From positions 1 through 43,516 of the forward strand of contig JBFFMI010000003.1 in the NCBI GenBank assembly GCA_041554155.1: 43,516 nucleotides of DNA, read 5' to 3'. The DNA comes from Anaerolineales bacterium. GTDB taxonomy: Bacteria > Chloroflexota > Anaerolineae > Anaerolineales > E44-bin32. Each line of letters starts with the position of its first letter. Position 1 is the stretch's first letter. Below are positions 1 through 9,566 of this stretch, piece after piece. The position numbers were made by a program, and so were the translations under genes. The notes under the pieces were generated by a model that was not told the origin of the DNA, did no database searches, and was given only the letters and a program-made list of their open reading frames with translations.

Positions 1-47
1 GCCCCCATAATTCATCTACACCCGGGTCAATCCCGGAAAGTTACCCG

Positions 48-1307
48 TTATATGACATTTGAGGATGGTTCCTCCGCCAGGGGTGCAGCATCTGGCTCGC
101 GTTGGTGAAGGTTCATCAACCAGAACGCGCTCGCAGCCATCAGGCCCACTATTACCGCTGCGTACCAGATCCAGTTAGGGTCATAATTGTCCAGGATCAA
201 TCCTGCGAAATACATCCCCATTGCGCCGGGGATGCTCCACGCAAAGCCATAGATAGCCATATATCGACCACGCATCTGCTCTGGGGCGAGCTTGGCCGCG
301 ATGCCCTGGCCCACGGGCGCGACCAACATTTCTCCTATCGTGATGATCGCCATAGCTACCATGAACAAGACATATGTTGAGACAAAGCCATACATCCCAA
401 AACCTACTACCAGGACCAGGGTACCGAAGGTCAGGATCAAAAATGGTGGATATTTATCCACCCTACGGGAAATGGCAAACTGGAATAGGACAACCATCGT
501 CGCGTTCAGGCTCAAGATCCATCCAAACAGCTGTTCCTGAAGACCATGAACATCCCGCAGGAAGACAGAGAGCGGGCCGTGAAGTAGTGAGAAAACCAGC
601 GCCATCAGCATCGATGCGATCACGAAGAACATGAAGAACTGATCTTTCAAGACCCGGCCATACCCGGTAAAAGTTTGCGTCGCTGTCTCTGGAGATGTCC
701 GTGGATCCTGGGCAGGTTTGGTTTCCGGAATCAATCGATAAACAATATATGCAGTGACTAAACTCGTGATCGTGTCAAATATGAAGAGGGCAAGATAGGA
801 GTAAGCTGCTAGAAACCCACCTAACGCAGGACCAATCACGAAGGACAGGTTGAACGTGACACGATGCAACCCATATCCCCCCGCAATTTTATCTTCCGGC
901 AGGATATCGGCAATCATGGCTGAACGCGCCGGTCCGCCCACATTGCCGGTGAGGCCAGCAAAAATGACCAGCGGTAAGAAAGCGGATAAATCTTGCACAA
1001 AACCAAGCACCAGGATACTGAACGCGCTTGATACCAGGCCGAAAATCGCCATCGGTTTGCGTCCAAAGCGATCGGTCAAACCGCCCCCCAGTGTGGTCCC
1101 GACCATAGAAGCAGCGGTTAACGCTGCAAAAATAAGCCCTACCTCCGATAGTCCTACACCAAACTTGCGGGTGACGTACAGTGCGAAGAAAGGATATAGC
1201 AATGCACTCCCGAGAGAGTCTACAAAAGAAGCTCCCATTAACACCCAGAAATGGCGCGGGTATTCGTGGTAGGTATTTCTAATTCTCTCTATCTGTGATT
1301 CAAACAT
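48..1307 (-). CDS. Major facilitator superfamily transporter (DHA-like efflux)
   Basis: About 12 hydrophobic segments; MFS motif A 'GGLTDRFGRKP'. Start moved to ATG at 1307 (GGAG upstream); the ORF track starts at 1328. Confidence 0.9.
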   Translation of the reverse strand: MFESQIERIRNTYHEYPRHFWVLMGASFVDSLGSALLYPFFALYVTRKFGVGLSEVGLIFAALTAASMVGTTLGGGLTDRFGRKPMAIFGLVSSAFSILVLGFVQDLSAFLPLVIFAGLTGNVGGPARSAMIADILPEDKIAGGYGLHRVTFNLSFVIGPALGGFLAAYSYLALFIFDTITSLVTAYIVYRLIPETKPAQDPRTSPETATQTFTGYGRVLKDQFFMFFVIASMLMALVFSLLHGPLSVFLRDVHGLQEQLFGWILSLNATMVVLFQFAISRRVDKYPPFLILTFGTLVLVVGFGMYGFVSTYVLFMVAMAIITIGEMLVAPVGQGIAAKLAPEQMRGRYMAIYGFAWSIPGAMGMYFAGLILDNYDPNWIWYAAVIVGLMAASAFWLMNLHQREPDAAPLAEEPSSNVI

Positions 1308-1337
1308 CCCTAACTCCCTGGGTTTCACTTCATCACA

Positions 1338-2306
1338 CTAAAGCTTCAAGAGCATCCAAACCAGATGGCGTTTTGCGATGAATCCCATTGTCTCGAGCAC
1401 CTCTCCAGCGACGGATGATGGGTAATCCAGCTGGATAACCTCACTAACGGATCCCATTTCTCTTATAGCGGCCGCGATCAAATCCGCTTCAATCTTTCCG
1501 CGCCTTTCATGATCCACAACCAGAATCATGCGCATCGTCCCGGGTTCAAGCGCCCAGCGAAGGCTTACCATGCCCACCAAACGATCACCCTCCGGCCAGA
1601 CCCAATGCCGATCGAGACGCAATCCCAATTGCTGCTGCCATGAGCGCTCTCGAAAATAGCCTGGGCTTACTGGAAAGGGCCATAGCAAACCCTCAGGGTG
1701 TAACCTGCGGGCCATCTGCCATTGTTGTTGCCACTCACCCTGCTTACGAGGCCGCACCGGGGATGGGTGCGAGACGCCAAGGTTTAACTTTGCCGTCCGC
1801 CCTACCCAGGTCGTGCGCGGGGCAGCTGCATTGAAATCCATGGAATGGTAAAGTGAAGTAGCTGCAGTATTTCCCTTATCCACTTGCAGGATGATTTCTT
1901 TTGCACCTTTCTCGCGTGCGAGATCAATGGATTTTGTCACCAGCATGCGTCCAATCCCCTTGCGTCGTTCTTGCGGTGACACAACGACATTGGCCATTAC
2001 CCAGCGTTGCGGATATCCCGTTACAGGTAATAAGCTAGCATTGCCCAGGACATGGCCATCAGCCTCAAAAACATACCCTTGCGGGTTGGCGGCTGGGGGA
2101 AGAAACCAGCGACTGAGCAGCCCACCAAGCCATCCCAGTCTTCCAAAAACTCGCAAACTTCGAACCATCCGCCTACCTGATCGGTCAAGATTGTCCGCGA
2201 ATCCAACTTCGATCAGGTTAGACAGGGAGGCGAGATCGCGCCCCGGGTCAAAACGTCTTATGCGAGAACCTGTCCCGGTGTAACCTGCACTTACCGCTGC
2301 GGTCAA
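1338..2306 (-). CDS. GNAT-family N-acetyltransferase (N-terminal GNAT plus a degenerate second domain)
   Basis: 'VVVSPQERRKGIGRML' acetyl-CoA motif A and 'NTAATSLYHSMDF' motif B; TTG start overlaps the upstream stop (TTGA). Confidence 0.85.
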   Translation of the reverse strand: MTAAVSAGYTGTGSRIRRFDPGRDLASLSNLIEVGFADNLDRSGRRMVRSLRVFGRLGWLGGLLSRWFLPPAANPQGYVFEADGHVLGNASLLPVTGYPQRWVMANVVVSPQERRKGIGRMLVTKSIDLAREKGAKEIILQVDKGNTAATSLYHSMDFNAAAPRTTWVGRTAKLNLGVSHPSPVRPRKQGEWQQQWQMARRLHPEGLLWPFPVSPGYFRERSWQQQLGLRLDRHWVWPEGDRLVGMVSLRWALEPGTMRMILVVDHERRGKIEADLIAAAIREMGSVSEVIQLDYPSSVAGEVLETMGFIAKRHLVWMLLKL

Positions 2307-3445
2307 CCCTCACCCTCCAGCGCCTTCAGAAGACCTTCAGCCTCATCCACGGAAATCTTGCCCTGCTCAACCATCTGCAAAATGGCAAGACGTTCCTCAT
2401 CGGATGCAGCCCTACTCGATGAAGAGAATTCAGCAACCCTTAGATCGGGCCATTCTCCGTCAACGTCAAATTTAAAGTGCTTACCCTGGGCTTGACGGGC
2501 TTTATCGTCAGCTTTGCGCACCGCGCGCTCAGCGCGCCGTTGTGCCTGGCGCACAGAACGCCGCACGCGTTCTCCGATGCGGTCTGCATCAAAACTGACC
2601 ATACCTGCCCCCATCGCATTGAAACGGGCCTCCATCTCAGCTAACTTGGCATCCACCTCGGTAAGGATGTCCCCTACGAATGCCGTGTCAAAACCAGCCT
2701 GCGTAGTTCCATACTGAAGGTTAAGATCGGCCCCCGCGCGCAGCTCAATCTCCTTCTCGGCCTTTCCAAGGCTGATTTCAAACTCGCTTGCATCTGGATA
2801 ATTTCCCAGACTTGGAGGGATATGCGTAATGCCCCCGGCCCGGACATTGATCTTCGCCGAGAGATTTTCTGGCAGCCGACAGGAGAGATCACTGCCGGTT
2901 TGGATCCTGGTCTTCGAACCAGTCTCTGGATCGAGGTTAACCACCGCATCCCCTCCCACCCTCACATCAACAGATCCTGATGCTTCACCCAACAACAGGT
3001 CTCCGCCCACCCTCCGTAAATGCAAGTCACCAGCAATGCCGCGCAGCACCGCATCGCCTCCGACGTGATCGACCATCAGATTCCCGTCTATTTCACGAAT
3101 CTGTGCATCCCCTCCAACCCTTTCGATGCTGGTATTCCCAAGACGCCGCAGACTAACATCGCCTCCGATCGTTCGGATCAGCACGTCTCCCTGGACATCT
3201 GTCAACCGCCCGTCGCCGCCGACATCACCGGCTTCAAGGCGTGATCCTTTCGGGAGATAAAGTAGACAGCCCGAGCGGCAACTGATTTCAACACCTTTCT
3301 TGGTTGTCTCAACCTTGAGTTCGCCCTTCTCAGGAGCTAGCGCCTCCAGCTGTTCGCCATCACGGCCAGACACGCGCAAATCGCCACCGATGTTGCTTAT
3401 AACAATCGTCGGATTGACACCAACTTCATGAAGGATTCTTTCCAT
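2303..3445 (-). CDS. DUF4097-like beta-strand repeat protein with coiled coil and C-terminal SHOCT-like domain
   Basis: Repeated '(I/V)GGD' beta-repeats; C-terminal 'EERLAILQMVEQGKISVDEAEGLLKAL' resembles the SHOCT-like / YvlB-LiaX N-terminal motif; GAGGAGG RBS. Confidence 0.8.
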   Translation of the reverse strand: MERILHEVGVNPTIVISNIGGDLRVSGRDGEQLEALAPEKGELKVETTKKGVEISCRSGCLLYLPKGSRLEAGDVGGDGRLTDVQGDVLIRTIGGDVSLRRLGNTSIERVGGDAQIREIDGNLMVDHVGGDAVLRGIAGDLHLRRVGGDLLLGEASGSVDVRVGGDAVVNLDPETGSKTRIQTGSDLSCRLPENLSAKINVRAGGITHIPPSLGNYPDASEFEISLGKAEKEIELRAGADLNLQYGTTQAGFDTAFVGDILTEVDAKLAEMEARFNAMGAGMVSFDADRIGERVRRSVRQAQRRAERAVRKADDKARQAQGKHFKFDVDGEWPDLRVAEFSSSSRAASDEERLAILQMVEQGKISVDEAEGLLKALEGEG

Positions 3446-3496
3446 GACTTAGACCTCCTCTAACAACTGGCGAGCTGTATATTTCGCCGGGCAACC

Positions 3497-3871
3497 TCAT
3501 TCGCCTTCCAGCAACTGCATCGCTTCTTCAGAGCTCACCTTTCCGGTCGCTAGATCATCCAGTATCTGGTGGCGTTCCTCGTCGCTCAATCGCCCGGTGT
3601 CAGGACCTACTGGAAAACCCATTGTCTGTATGATCTCGTTGAGCCTGGCGCGCAGGGTTGGGTAGGACATGCCCATCTCTGGTTCCATCCGGTTCAACTT
3701 TCCCTCACATCGAACGAACGTCTCCAAGAAGTTCATCTGGTCAGCATTGAGACGCCCGAAGCGACCGAGATCAAAATGCCCCTCGATGGTCGTGTCACAA
3801 TTACGACAATGCAGGCGTGTGATCGACATGCGTTCTTCACATACCGGGCAGGTGGTTAGTATCGGGTTCAT
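3497..3871 (-). CDS. DUF2089-family protein (Zn ribbon + HTH + SHOCT-like tail), putative regulator
   Basis: 'CPVC...CRNC' Zn ribbon, 'MGMSYPTLRARL' HTH, tail 'ILDDLATGKVSSEEAMQLL'. Start at ATG 3871 with GGGAG RBS. Confidence 0.85.
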   Translation of the reverse strand: MNPILTTCPVCEERMSITRLHCRNCDTTIEGHFDLGRFGRLNADQMNFLETFVRCEGKLNRMEPEMGMSYPTLRARLNEIIQTMGFPVGPDTGRLSDEERHQILDDLATGKVSSEEAMQLLEGE

Positions 3872-3986
3872 TAGCCGCTCCCACTCACTACCGTTTTGAA
3901 CGGTTAGACTTTGTCTCTCATCCAAACCAACCTGAACGGGCAGGATAATCAGGAGGCCCAATCAGAAGGCATACTTTAATAAAAAT

Positions 3987-4063
3987 TCAATATGATATGA
4001 ATCTTATTGATATTTTAATAGCATATTTTCCTGTTTTGTCAATGATTGTCTTTATTTTATTGA
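3987..4063 (-). promoter_or_regulatory. Sigma70-type promoter with overlapping inverted-repeat operator for the DUF2089 operon
   Basis: TTGACA on the minus strand (4037-4042) followed by TGcTATTAA/TAAAAT; inverted repeat TCAATATGAT-N4-ATCTTATTGA (3987-4010); extra half-site ATTTTATTGA (4054-4063); strongly AT-rich. Confidence 0.6.
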
Positions 4064-4229
4064 AATATAATTTGAGTTTCTTGAGAAACAGCCATAGATC
4101 GAGCAACCAGGAGGTGACGGGTATCTGCGCAATTGAATACGCCTGGCTTTGATACAATGGCATGACTTTGCGCAATGAGATACGCATTATCCCCCGAATG
4201 ACATCTGGCTGCGTGATCGGGGACACTTG

Positions 4230-5471
4230 ATGAAATCAGATCCAGCAGAATCAATCGAGGTTAGCCTGACAGGCTGGGCTTACGGCGGTGAGGCGCTTGG
4301 GCGCACCAACGAGGGCCGGATGATTTTCGCTCCCTTCTGTATCCCAGGAGAGAGCGTACGTGGCGCTCCCATCGAGGAGCGTCCCAGCTGGGCTCGCATC
4401 CTTCCCCGAGAATGGTTGCACGAATCAGCCGAGAGGATCGCCGCTCGCTGTCCTCACTTCACCAAGTGTGGAGGCTGCCATTACCAGCACGTTAGCTACG
4501 ATCAACAACTTGAACTGAAGAGGTCGATCGTCACAGAGCAATTACAGCGCATCGGGGGTTTGGCCAACCCGCCCGTTGGCCGTACGGTTCCCTCCCCAAA
4601 AGCATGGGAGTATCGAAATCACATGCGCTACCACGTGCTAGCTGACGGATCGCTCGGGCTCATGCGTTTCAAGGAGCCCACGCCTCTAGCGATCGAGGTT
4701 TGTTTCCTCCCTGAGCCAGCGCTTCAGGACATCTGGGCTCGCATTGATCTCCCCGGCGAAAGCGCTGTCGATCAAGTCGCATTGCGCCAGGGCACCTCCG
4801 GTGATGTGATGGTCATCCTGCACGGGGATATGCAACACATCAACGAGCTCGCCATCGATTTTCCTGTCTCAATTGTCTGGCAGGACGGGGATAGCTGGCG
4901 CGTATTGGCCGGGGATAGCGCAATCCAGTTTGAGATAATGGACCTCTCTTTTCGCGTATCCGCCCCTTCATTCTTCCAGGTCAACACAAGCATTCTCCCG
5001 GATCTCGTGCAGCAAGTGATGTCTGCAATAGATGTAGAACCGGGTATGACCTTTATTGATCTCTACGCGGGGGTGGGACTTTTCAGCGCCTTTGCAGCAA
5101 AACAAGGGGCGCACGTTTTTGCGGTTGAAGAATCAGGCTCGGCTTGTGCTGATTTTGAGGTCAACCTGGAGCACTTCAGGGAGATATCGCTCTATGAATC
5201 GCCCGTCGAACTTGGTTTACCGGCGATCAAGGCTTCGCCAGATGTGATTTTGGTTGATCCACCGCGCGCTGGATTGTCCAGAAAAGCGCTCGACGCGTTG
5301 TCGGCTATGACAGCTGAACGTATCGTTTACCTGTCATGTGATGTCGGCACGCTGGCACGTGATGCCAAACGGTTGGAGAAAGCCGGCTATCAGCTTGATC
5401 AGGTGTCCCCGATCGACTTGTTTCCTCAAACGTTTCATATCGAGACCCTCTCCACCTGGTCTCATCACTGA
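4230..5471 (+). CDS. rlmD: RlmD/TrmA-family RNA (uracil-C5)-methyltransferase with TRAM domain
   Basis: 'CPHFTKCGGC' Fe-S motif, 'SFFQVN', 'DLYAGVG' SAM motif, 'VDPPRAG', 'YLSCD' catalytic Cys, 'DLFPQTFHIE'; TGaTACAAT extended -10 at 4150-4158. Confidence 0.85.
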   Translation: MKSDPAESIEVSLTGWAYGGEALGRTNEGRMIFAPFCIPGESVRGAPIEERPSWARILPREWLHESAERIAARCPHFTKCGGCHYQHVSYDQQLELKRSIVTEQLQRIGGLANPPVGRTVPSPKAWEYRNHMRYHVLADGSLGLMRFKEPTPLAIEVCFLPEPALQDIWARIDLPGESAVDQVALRQGTSGDVMVILHGDMQHINELAIDFPVSIVWQDGDSWRVLAGDSAIQFEIMDLSFRVSAPSFFQVNTSILPDLVQQVMSAIDVEPGMTFIDLYAGVGLFSAFAAKQGAHVFAVEESGSACADFEVNLEHFREISLYESPVELGLPAIKASPDVILVDPPRAGLSRKALDALSAMTAERIVYLSCDVGTLARDAKRLEKAGYQLDQVSPIDLFPQTFHIETLSTWSHH

Positions 5472-5537
5472 GCCGGACAGACATAAAACGTCGAGCTCGG
5501 GATTGCCTTCCCGCACGTTCGTTATACAATTCAACCT

Positions 5538-6167
5538 ATGAGTTCACCTCGCGGCCCAATTTTGATCGTTGAGGATATCCCGCATATCCTGGAACTTCTC
5601 GAGGTCACCCTGAAATTTAAGGGTTATGATGTCGTCACGGCACGTAATGGTGATGAGGCGCTCGAATATATCTCTTCTGAGCAGCCCGCGCTGATCCTCA
5701 CCGACATCTTAATGCCCAAGCTGGATGGCTATGCCCTTGCACAACGTGTGCGTAGCAATCCGAAAACTCGTCACATCCCGATCGTCTTCGTCTCAGCCAC
5801 TTTTATCACTGAAGAGGATAAACAATTTGCGCTCAGCCTGGGCGCAGTGCGCTTTCTCGAGAAGCCGATCGAGGCTTCCGAGCTCCTGCTGACCGTAGCG
5901 GAAGTCCTTACCGGCGACGCAGTGCAGCAATCAGCCCCGCTTGCCAGCCGCGCCTTCCACAAGGGTTATTCAGATCGTCTTCAAGAGAAATTACAGCAGA
6001 AAGAAAATCAGATACGCCGGGCACAACGCCTGGTAGAGACCGTCCCGGCAGAACAACGCCCCGCCTTCGAAGCGCTCCTGGCGCAGACAAAAGTCCAGCG
6101 AAATCAAATCCTGGAAGAATTACAAACGATAGACGACTTACTTAAATCCAACCCCGGCGACAGTTGA
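5538..6167 (+). CDS. Response regulator: receiver domain plus coiled-coil C-terminus
   Basis: 'ILIVED', 'LTDILMPKLDG' (phospho-Asp), 'FLEKP'; helical Q/E-rich tail. Confidence 0.85.
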   Translation: MSSPRGPILIVEDIPHILELLEVTLKFKGYDVVTARNGDEALEYISSEQPALILTDILMPKLDGYALAQRVRSNPKTRHIPIVFVSATFITEEDKQFALSLGAVRFLEKPIEASELLLTVAEVLTGDAVQQSAPLASRAFHKGYSDRLQEKLQQKENQIRRAQRLVETVPAEQRPAFEALLAQTKVQRNQILEELQTIDDLLKSNPGDS

Positions 6168-6195
6168 CCAAAAACCTAATACCCCATTAGGGACC

Positions 6196-7038
6196 TCAGC
6201 AGATTCCGGGAGCCTCTCGCAGCGAGGCTTCCAACGGAGCGAACGCCACCCGTGAGGTTAGATCCAGACTCAGAGGGGTGACCGATACAACTTTTTCAAC
6301 ACAGATCGCATGTACATCTGAATCTGGCTCAAGACGCGACTCATCCACTTCAACTTCATAGCCTAATTTGACCGCCTCCTCCAGATGCGTGCGCGGCGGC
6401 ACCTTGGGCACATAATACTTCTGGCGGGACAGACGGGTCATCTTCCAGGGAGTCTCTGGAGTCGCATGACGGGGGACATCGAGCTTTAGCACATCCACAT
6501 CTGGCACCTTAGGGGCTAGCAAGAGGCGGCTGGCAAAGTAGCAGGTGAAATAGGTTGCCGCACTAAAGTCAATCTCCTCGGTGTGCGAGAGAAAATCGTG
6601 CTGTGACATTTCGAGTGACACCGCCAGAGCAGGCACGCCCGCAGCCGCACCCTCTAATGCGGCGCCGACGGTCCCCGATATTGTGATGCCAATCGTGAGA
6701 TTCTCGCCGTAGTTGATGCCTGCAACGACCAGGTCGGGCGTGCGTGGAAGCAATTCCAGCATGCCATGCTGTACCGCCTGCGCCGGGGAACCACCCACAG
6801 CATATACCTTCCAGGTCTTGCCGCTTACTTCCATCTCCTCTTCGCGCAGTCTTCCGTCCGATGAGATCGGCATGCTGCGGCCAGCGCCTGAGCTCTGCTC
6901 CCTTGGCGCGGCAACAACCACGAAACCGAGTTCTGAGAGCCCCTCGGCCGCAGCCCATAGACCCGGTGAGCGAATGCCGTCATCATTGGTGAGCAGGATG
7001 AGCTTTTCGTCGTTCGTCATCTTTGTCCCTGTCATCAT
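6196..7038 (-). CDS. surE: 5'/3'-nucleotidase SurE
   Basis: 'LLTNDDG', 'QSSGAG', 'GINYGENL', 'SGTVGAA', 'VSVTPL'. Start uncertain (7038 or 7020). Confidence 0.92.
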   Translation of the reverse strand: MMTGTKMTNDEKLILLTNDDGIRSPGLWAAAEGLSELGFVVVAAPREQSSGAGRSMPISSDGRLREEEMEVSGKTWKVYAVGGSPAQAVQHGMLELLPRTPDLVVAGINYGENLTIGITISGTVGAALEGAAAGVPALAVSLEMSQHDFLSHTEEIDFSAATYFTCYFASRLLLAPKVPDVDVLKLDVPRHATPETPWKMTRLSRQKYYVPKVPPRTHLEEAVKLGYEVEVDESRLEPDSDVHAICVEKVVSVTPLSLDLTSRVAFAPLEASLREAPGIC

Positions 7039-7062
7039 ATTCTCTTCGCTGTGATCGCGCAA

Positions 7063-7698
7063 TCAATCCTCATCCTGTGCCTCCGCAGCCAGTTGATCAA
7101 AATAGCTACATAGCAACGCATGACGACCCTCTGCGATTTTCTTTGCGGGGGCTGTGTACAGGCGCGCTTTCACATGACGAAGCTTGAAGAGATACTCATG
7201 GTAGGCGCTGTGCGGCTCGCCGGGCGCTGCTTCGCCCCGCTCTCGGAATTCTTCGGAAGGTTTCGTATAGATGGGCTGCCCATCCTGTAATGCGTAACCA
7301 ATCGTTCGGGCAACCCCGAACGCACCAAGGACATCCAGCTTATCAGCATCGAACAGAACTCTGGCCTCGAGCGTTTGAGGTTGCTCTTTCCCACGGAAAC
7401 GATGCGCCCGGATGCAATGCTCAACCGCTTCAATCGCCTCACCGGTCCATCCTTCGGTTTCCAAAATGCGGCGGGCAAACGCCGCGGAGGATTGTTCGTG
7501 TTCCCCACGGCCACTCGATCCGCTGGGGTGAGCGCCTTCAGCATCGTGGAGCAAGGCGGCTGCTTGCAAGATGGTCAGGTTTGCTCCAAGCTCCTGACCT
7601 ATTTTTTCCGCCATCCGCATCACCCGCAGGACGTGATCAAAACCATGCACCGGATCGTTTGCGGGATACCAGGTTTTGGCTTCTTCGATCGTTGGCAT
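7063..7698 (-). CDS. HD-domain metal-dependent phosphohydrolase (YedJ-like)
   Basis: 'HGFDHVLRV', 'ALLHD', 'H..F', 'DADKLD' motifs. Confidence 0.88.
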   Translation of the reverse strand: MPTIEEAKTWYPANDPVHGFDHVLRVMRMAEKIGQELGANLTILQAAALLHDAEGAHPSGSSGRGEHEQSSAAFARRILETEGWTGEAIEAVEHCIRAHRFRGKEQPQTLEARVLFDADKLDVLGAFGVARTIGYALQDGQPIYTKPSEEFRERGEAAPGEPHSAYHEYLFKLRHVKARLYTAPAKKIAEGRHALLCSYFDQLAAEAQDED

Positions 7699-7719
7699 TC
7701 ACATTTCCTGTCTGATCCA

Positions 7720-8499
7720 TCATTCGCCAGCCAGGATCAACGGATTACCGTTCAATGGATGGCTCATTACATGGATCTGGACTCCGTAAACCTGTGCCAG
7801 TATATCCGGTTTTAAAACTTCTCCGGGCGCCCCTTGCGTATGAATACCGCCATTGGACAACAGGGCCACTCGATTGGCTAAGCGCGCCACGAGGTTCAAA
7901 TCATGCAGGGTGACCAGCACCGCGAGTTGCTCTTCCACACAGAGCGACCGGATCAATTGGAGTAAGCGTTCTTGATGGCGCAGATCCAGGTGGGCAGTCG
8001 GCTCATCCAACAACATCACAGGCGCAGACTGTGCTAGCGCCCTGGCGATCAACACCCTTTGTTGTTCGCCCCCGGAGAGCTCACCCATGCGGCGTTCAGA
8101 CATGCCCAGCATTTCGGTTCGTTCAAGCGCCGAGGAGGCGATTGCCCGGTCATTTTGATTCTCCCGCTCAAACCAATTCAAGTACGGTGTCCGGCCCATC
8201 AACACCACATCCATCACTGAGAACGCTTCCGGCAGGTTAATCGCCTGTGAAACGACCGAAACACGTTGTGCTCGGGACGAGGCTTCCATCCTGGAAAGGT
8301 CCTCTCCACCGACCATAACCTGGCCGCTCAAAGGACGCAAACTCCCCGAAGCCGCCCGTACCAGTGTGGATTTCCCCACACCGTTCGGACCGACAACTGC
8401 CAGAATTTCCCCGGGATCAACTTGCAGGTCAATATGGTGTAGAACCGGGATGCCCGCATACCCACAACTGAGCGCCTGTAGTTTAAGTATCATGCTCAC
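7720..8499 (-). CDS. Cobalamin/Fe-chelate ABC transporter ATP-binding protein (BtuD/FepC-like)
   Basis: Walker A 'GPNGVGKST', signature 'LSGGEQQR', 'LLDEPT', 'LHDLN'; GTG start overlaps the permease stop (alternative ATG 8493). Confidence 0.9.
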   Translation of the reverse strand: MSMILKLQALSCGYAGIPVLHHIDLQVDPGEILAVVGPNGVGKSTLVRAASGSLRPLSGQVMVGGEDLSRMEASSRAQRVSVVSQAINLPEAFSVMDVVLMGRTPYLNWFERENQNDRAIASSALERTEMLGMSERRMGELSGGEQQRVLIARALAQSAPVMLLDEPTAHLDLRHQERLLQLIRSLCVEEQLAVLVTLHDLNLVARLANRVALLSNGGIHTQGAPGEVLKPDILAQVYGVQIHVMSHPLNGNPLILAGE

Positions 8500-9557
8500 C
8501 AAAATCCCACCTTCATCTTGGCCTTGTGCAGCAAGTACAGGAAAAACGGCGCCCCAACGGCAGCAGTCACCAACCCAACGGGCAGTTCACGCGGCGCCAG
8601 AATTACACGCGCAACAACATCAGCACCCAGTAAGAAGGCCCCACCGATGATGATCGCCAGCGGGATGAGGCGACGGTAATCCGGACCCCATAGCAGGCGC
8701 ACAACATGGGGAACCACCAAACCAACGAAGGCGATGATCCCCGAGAAAGACACGGCCGTAGCCGCCACCATTGTAGCCGCAATCACCAGGACCAACTTCA
8801 GCCTCTCAACATTCAAACCCAGCTGGCGTGCCTGGTCGTCGCCGAACTGCAGGACATTTAAAGGCCGCCCCAGCAAGCTGAGAAGCAGTAATCCTAGAGC
8901 CAGATAGGGTAAGGAGGCAATGACCGGGGCCCATCCTCCTAAGGAGAAGCCTCCCACCATCCAGTTCACCGCTCGATGCAGTTCATCCGTTGACAGCAGC
9001 ATGATCAAGCTCGTCATCGCTGTGGCAAACGAACTCACAGCCACACCGGCAAGGATCAAGGTTGTAACTGGCGTAGATCGCCCGACCCGGGCGATGCTAT
9101 AGACGATGAGAACTGTTAAGACGGCACCCATGAATGCGGCAGCGGGCACCACGGCCATGCCAAGGAAGTTCACAGGCCAACTGGCTGCCATAGCAATCAC
9201 TGCGCCCAGACCTGCTCCCGAGGCAACACCGATGATGTAGGGATCCGCCAGCGGATTTCGGAAGAGACCTTGAAACGCTGCTCCTGAACCGCCCAGGGCC
9301 ATGCCCGTCAGCGTAATTAACACCATATTGGGGAGCCGGATCTCATAGAGGATGATCGCACTCGTTCCCGGTATCTCGGGTGCTGTAGTGCCAGGTAAGA
9401 AGCCCGACACGATGAGATCCAGGAGCTCCCTGAGCGGTATGGACACCGGGCCTACGGCGATGTTGAAAATGCCCATGACCACCAAACCGCCAACGGCTGC
9501 CGCCCATGGCCACCACTTGGTACGGGTGCTTCTGGTTTCTACCTTTGCTTTTTCCAA
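8496..9557 (-). CDS. Cobalamin ABC transporter permease (BtuC/FecCD family)
   Basis: 'QGLFRNPLADPYIIGVASGA', 'GIIAFVGLVVPH', 'ELPVG...GAPFF'. Confidence 0.92.
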   Translation of the reverse strand: MEKAKVETRSTRTKWWPWAAAVGGLVVMGIFNIAVGPVSIPLRELLDLIVSGFLPGTTAPEIPGTSAIILYEIRLPNMVLITLTGMALGGSGAAFQGLFRNPLADPYIIGVASGAGLGAVIAMAASWPVNFLGMAVVPAAAFMGAVLTVLIVYSIARVGRSTPVTTLILAGVAVSSFATAMTSLIMLLSTDELHRAVNWMVGGFSLGGWAPVIASLPYLALGLLLLSLLGRPLNVLQFGDDQARQLGLNVERLKLVLVIAATMVAATAVSFSGIIAFVGLVVPHVVRLLWGPDYRRLIPLAIIIGGAFLLGADVVARVILAPRELPVGLVTAAVGAPFFLYLLHKAKMKVGFW

Positions 9558-9566
9558 AATTTCCTG

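Noticed and set aside
3987-4254. Short minus-strand ORFs in the AT-rich divergent region
   Set aside because: No RBS or family motif seen; they overlap promoter and operator elements.
6175-6191. CCTAAT/ATTAGG hairpin between the convergent regulator and surE genes
   Set aside because: Only a 6-bp AT-rich stem; too weak to call a terminator.
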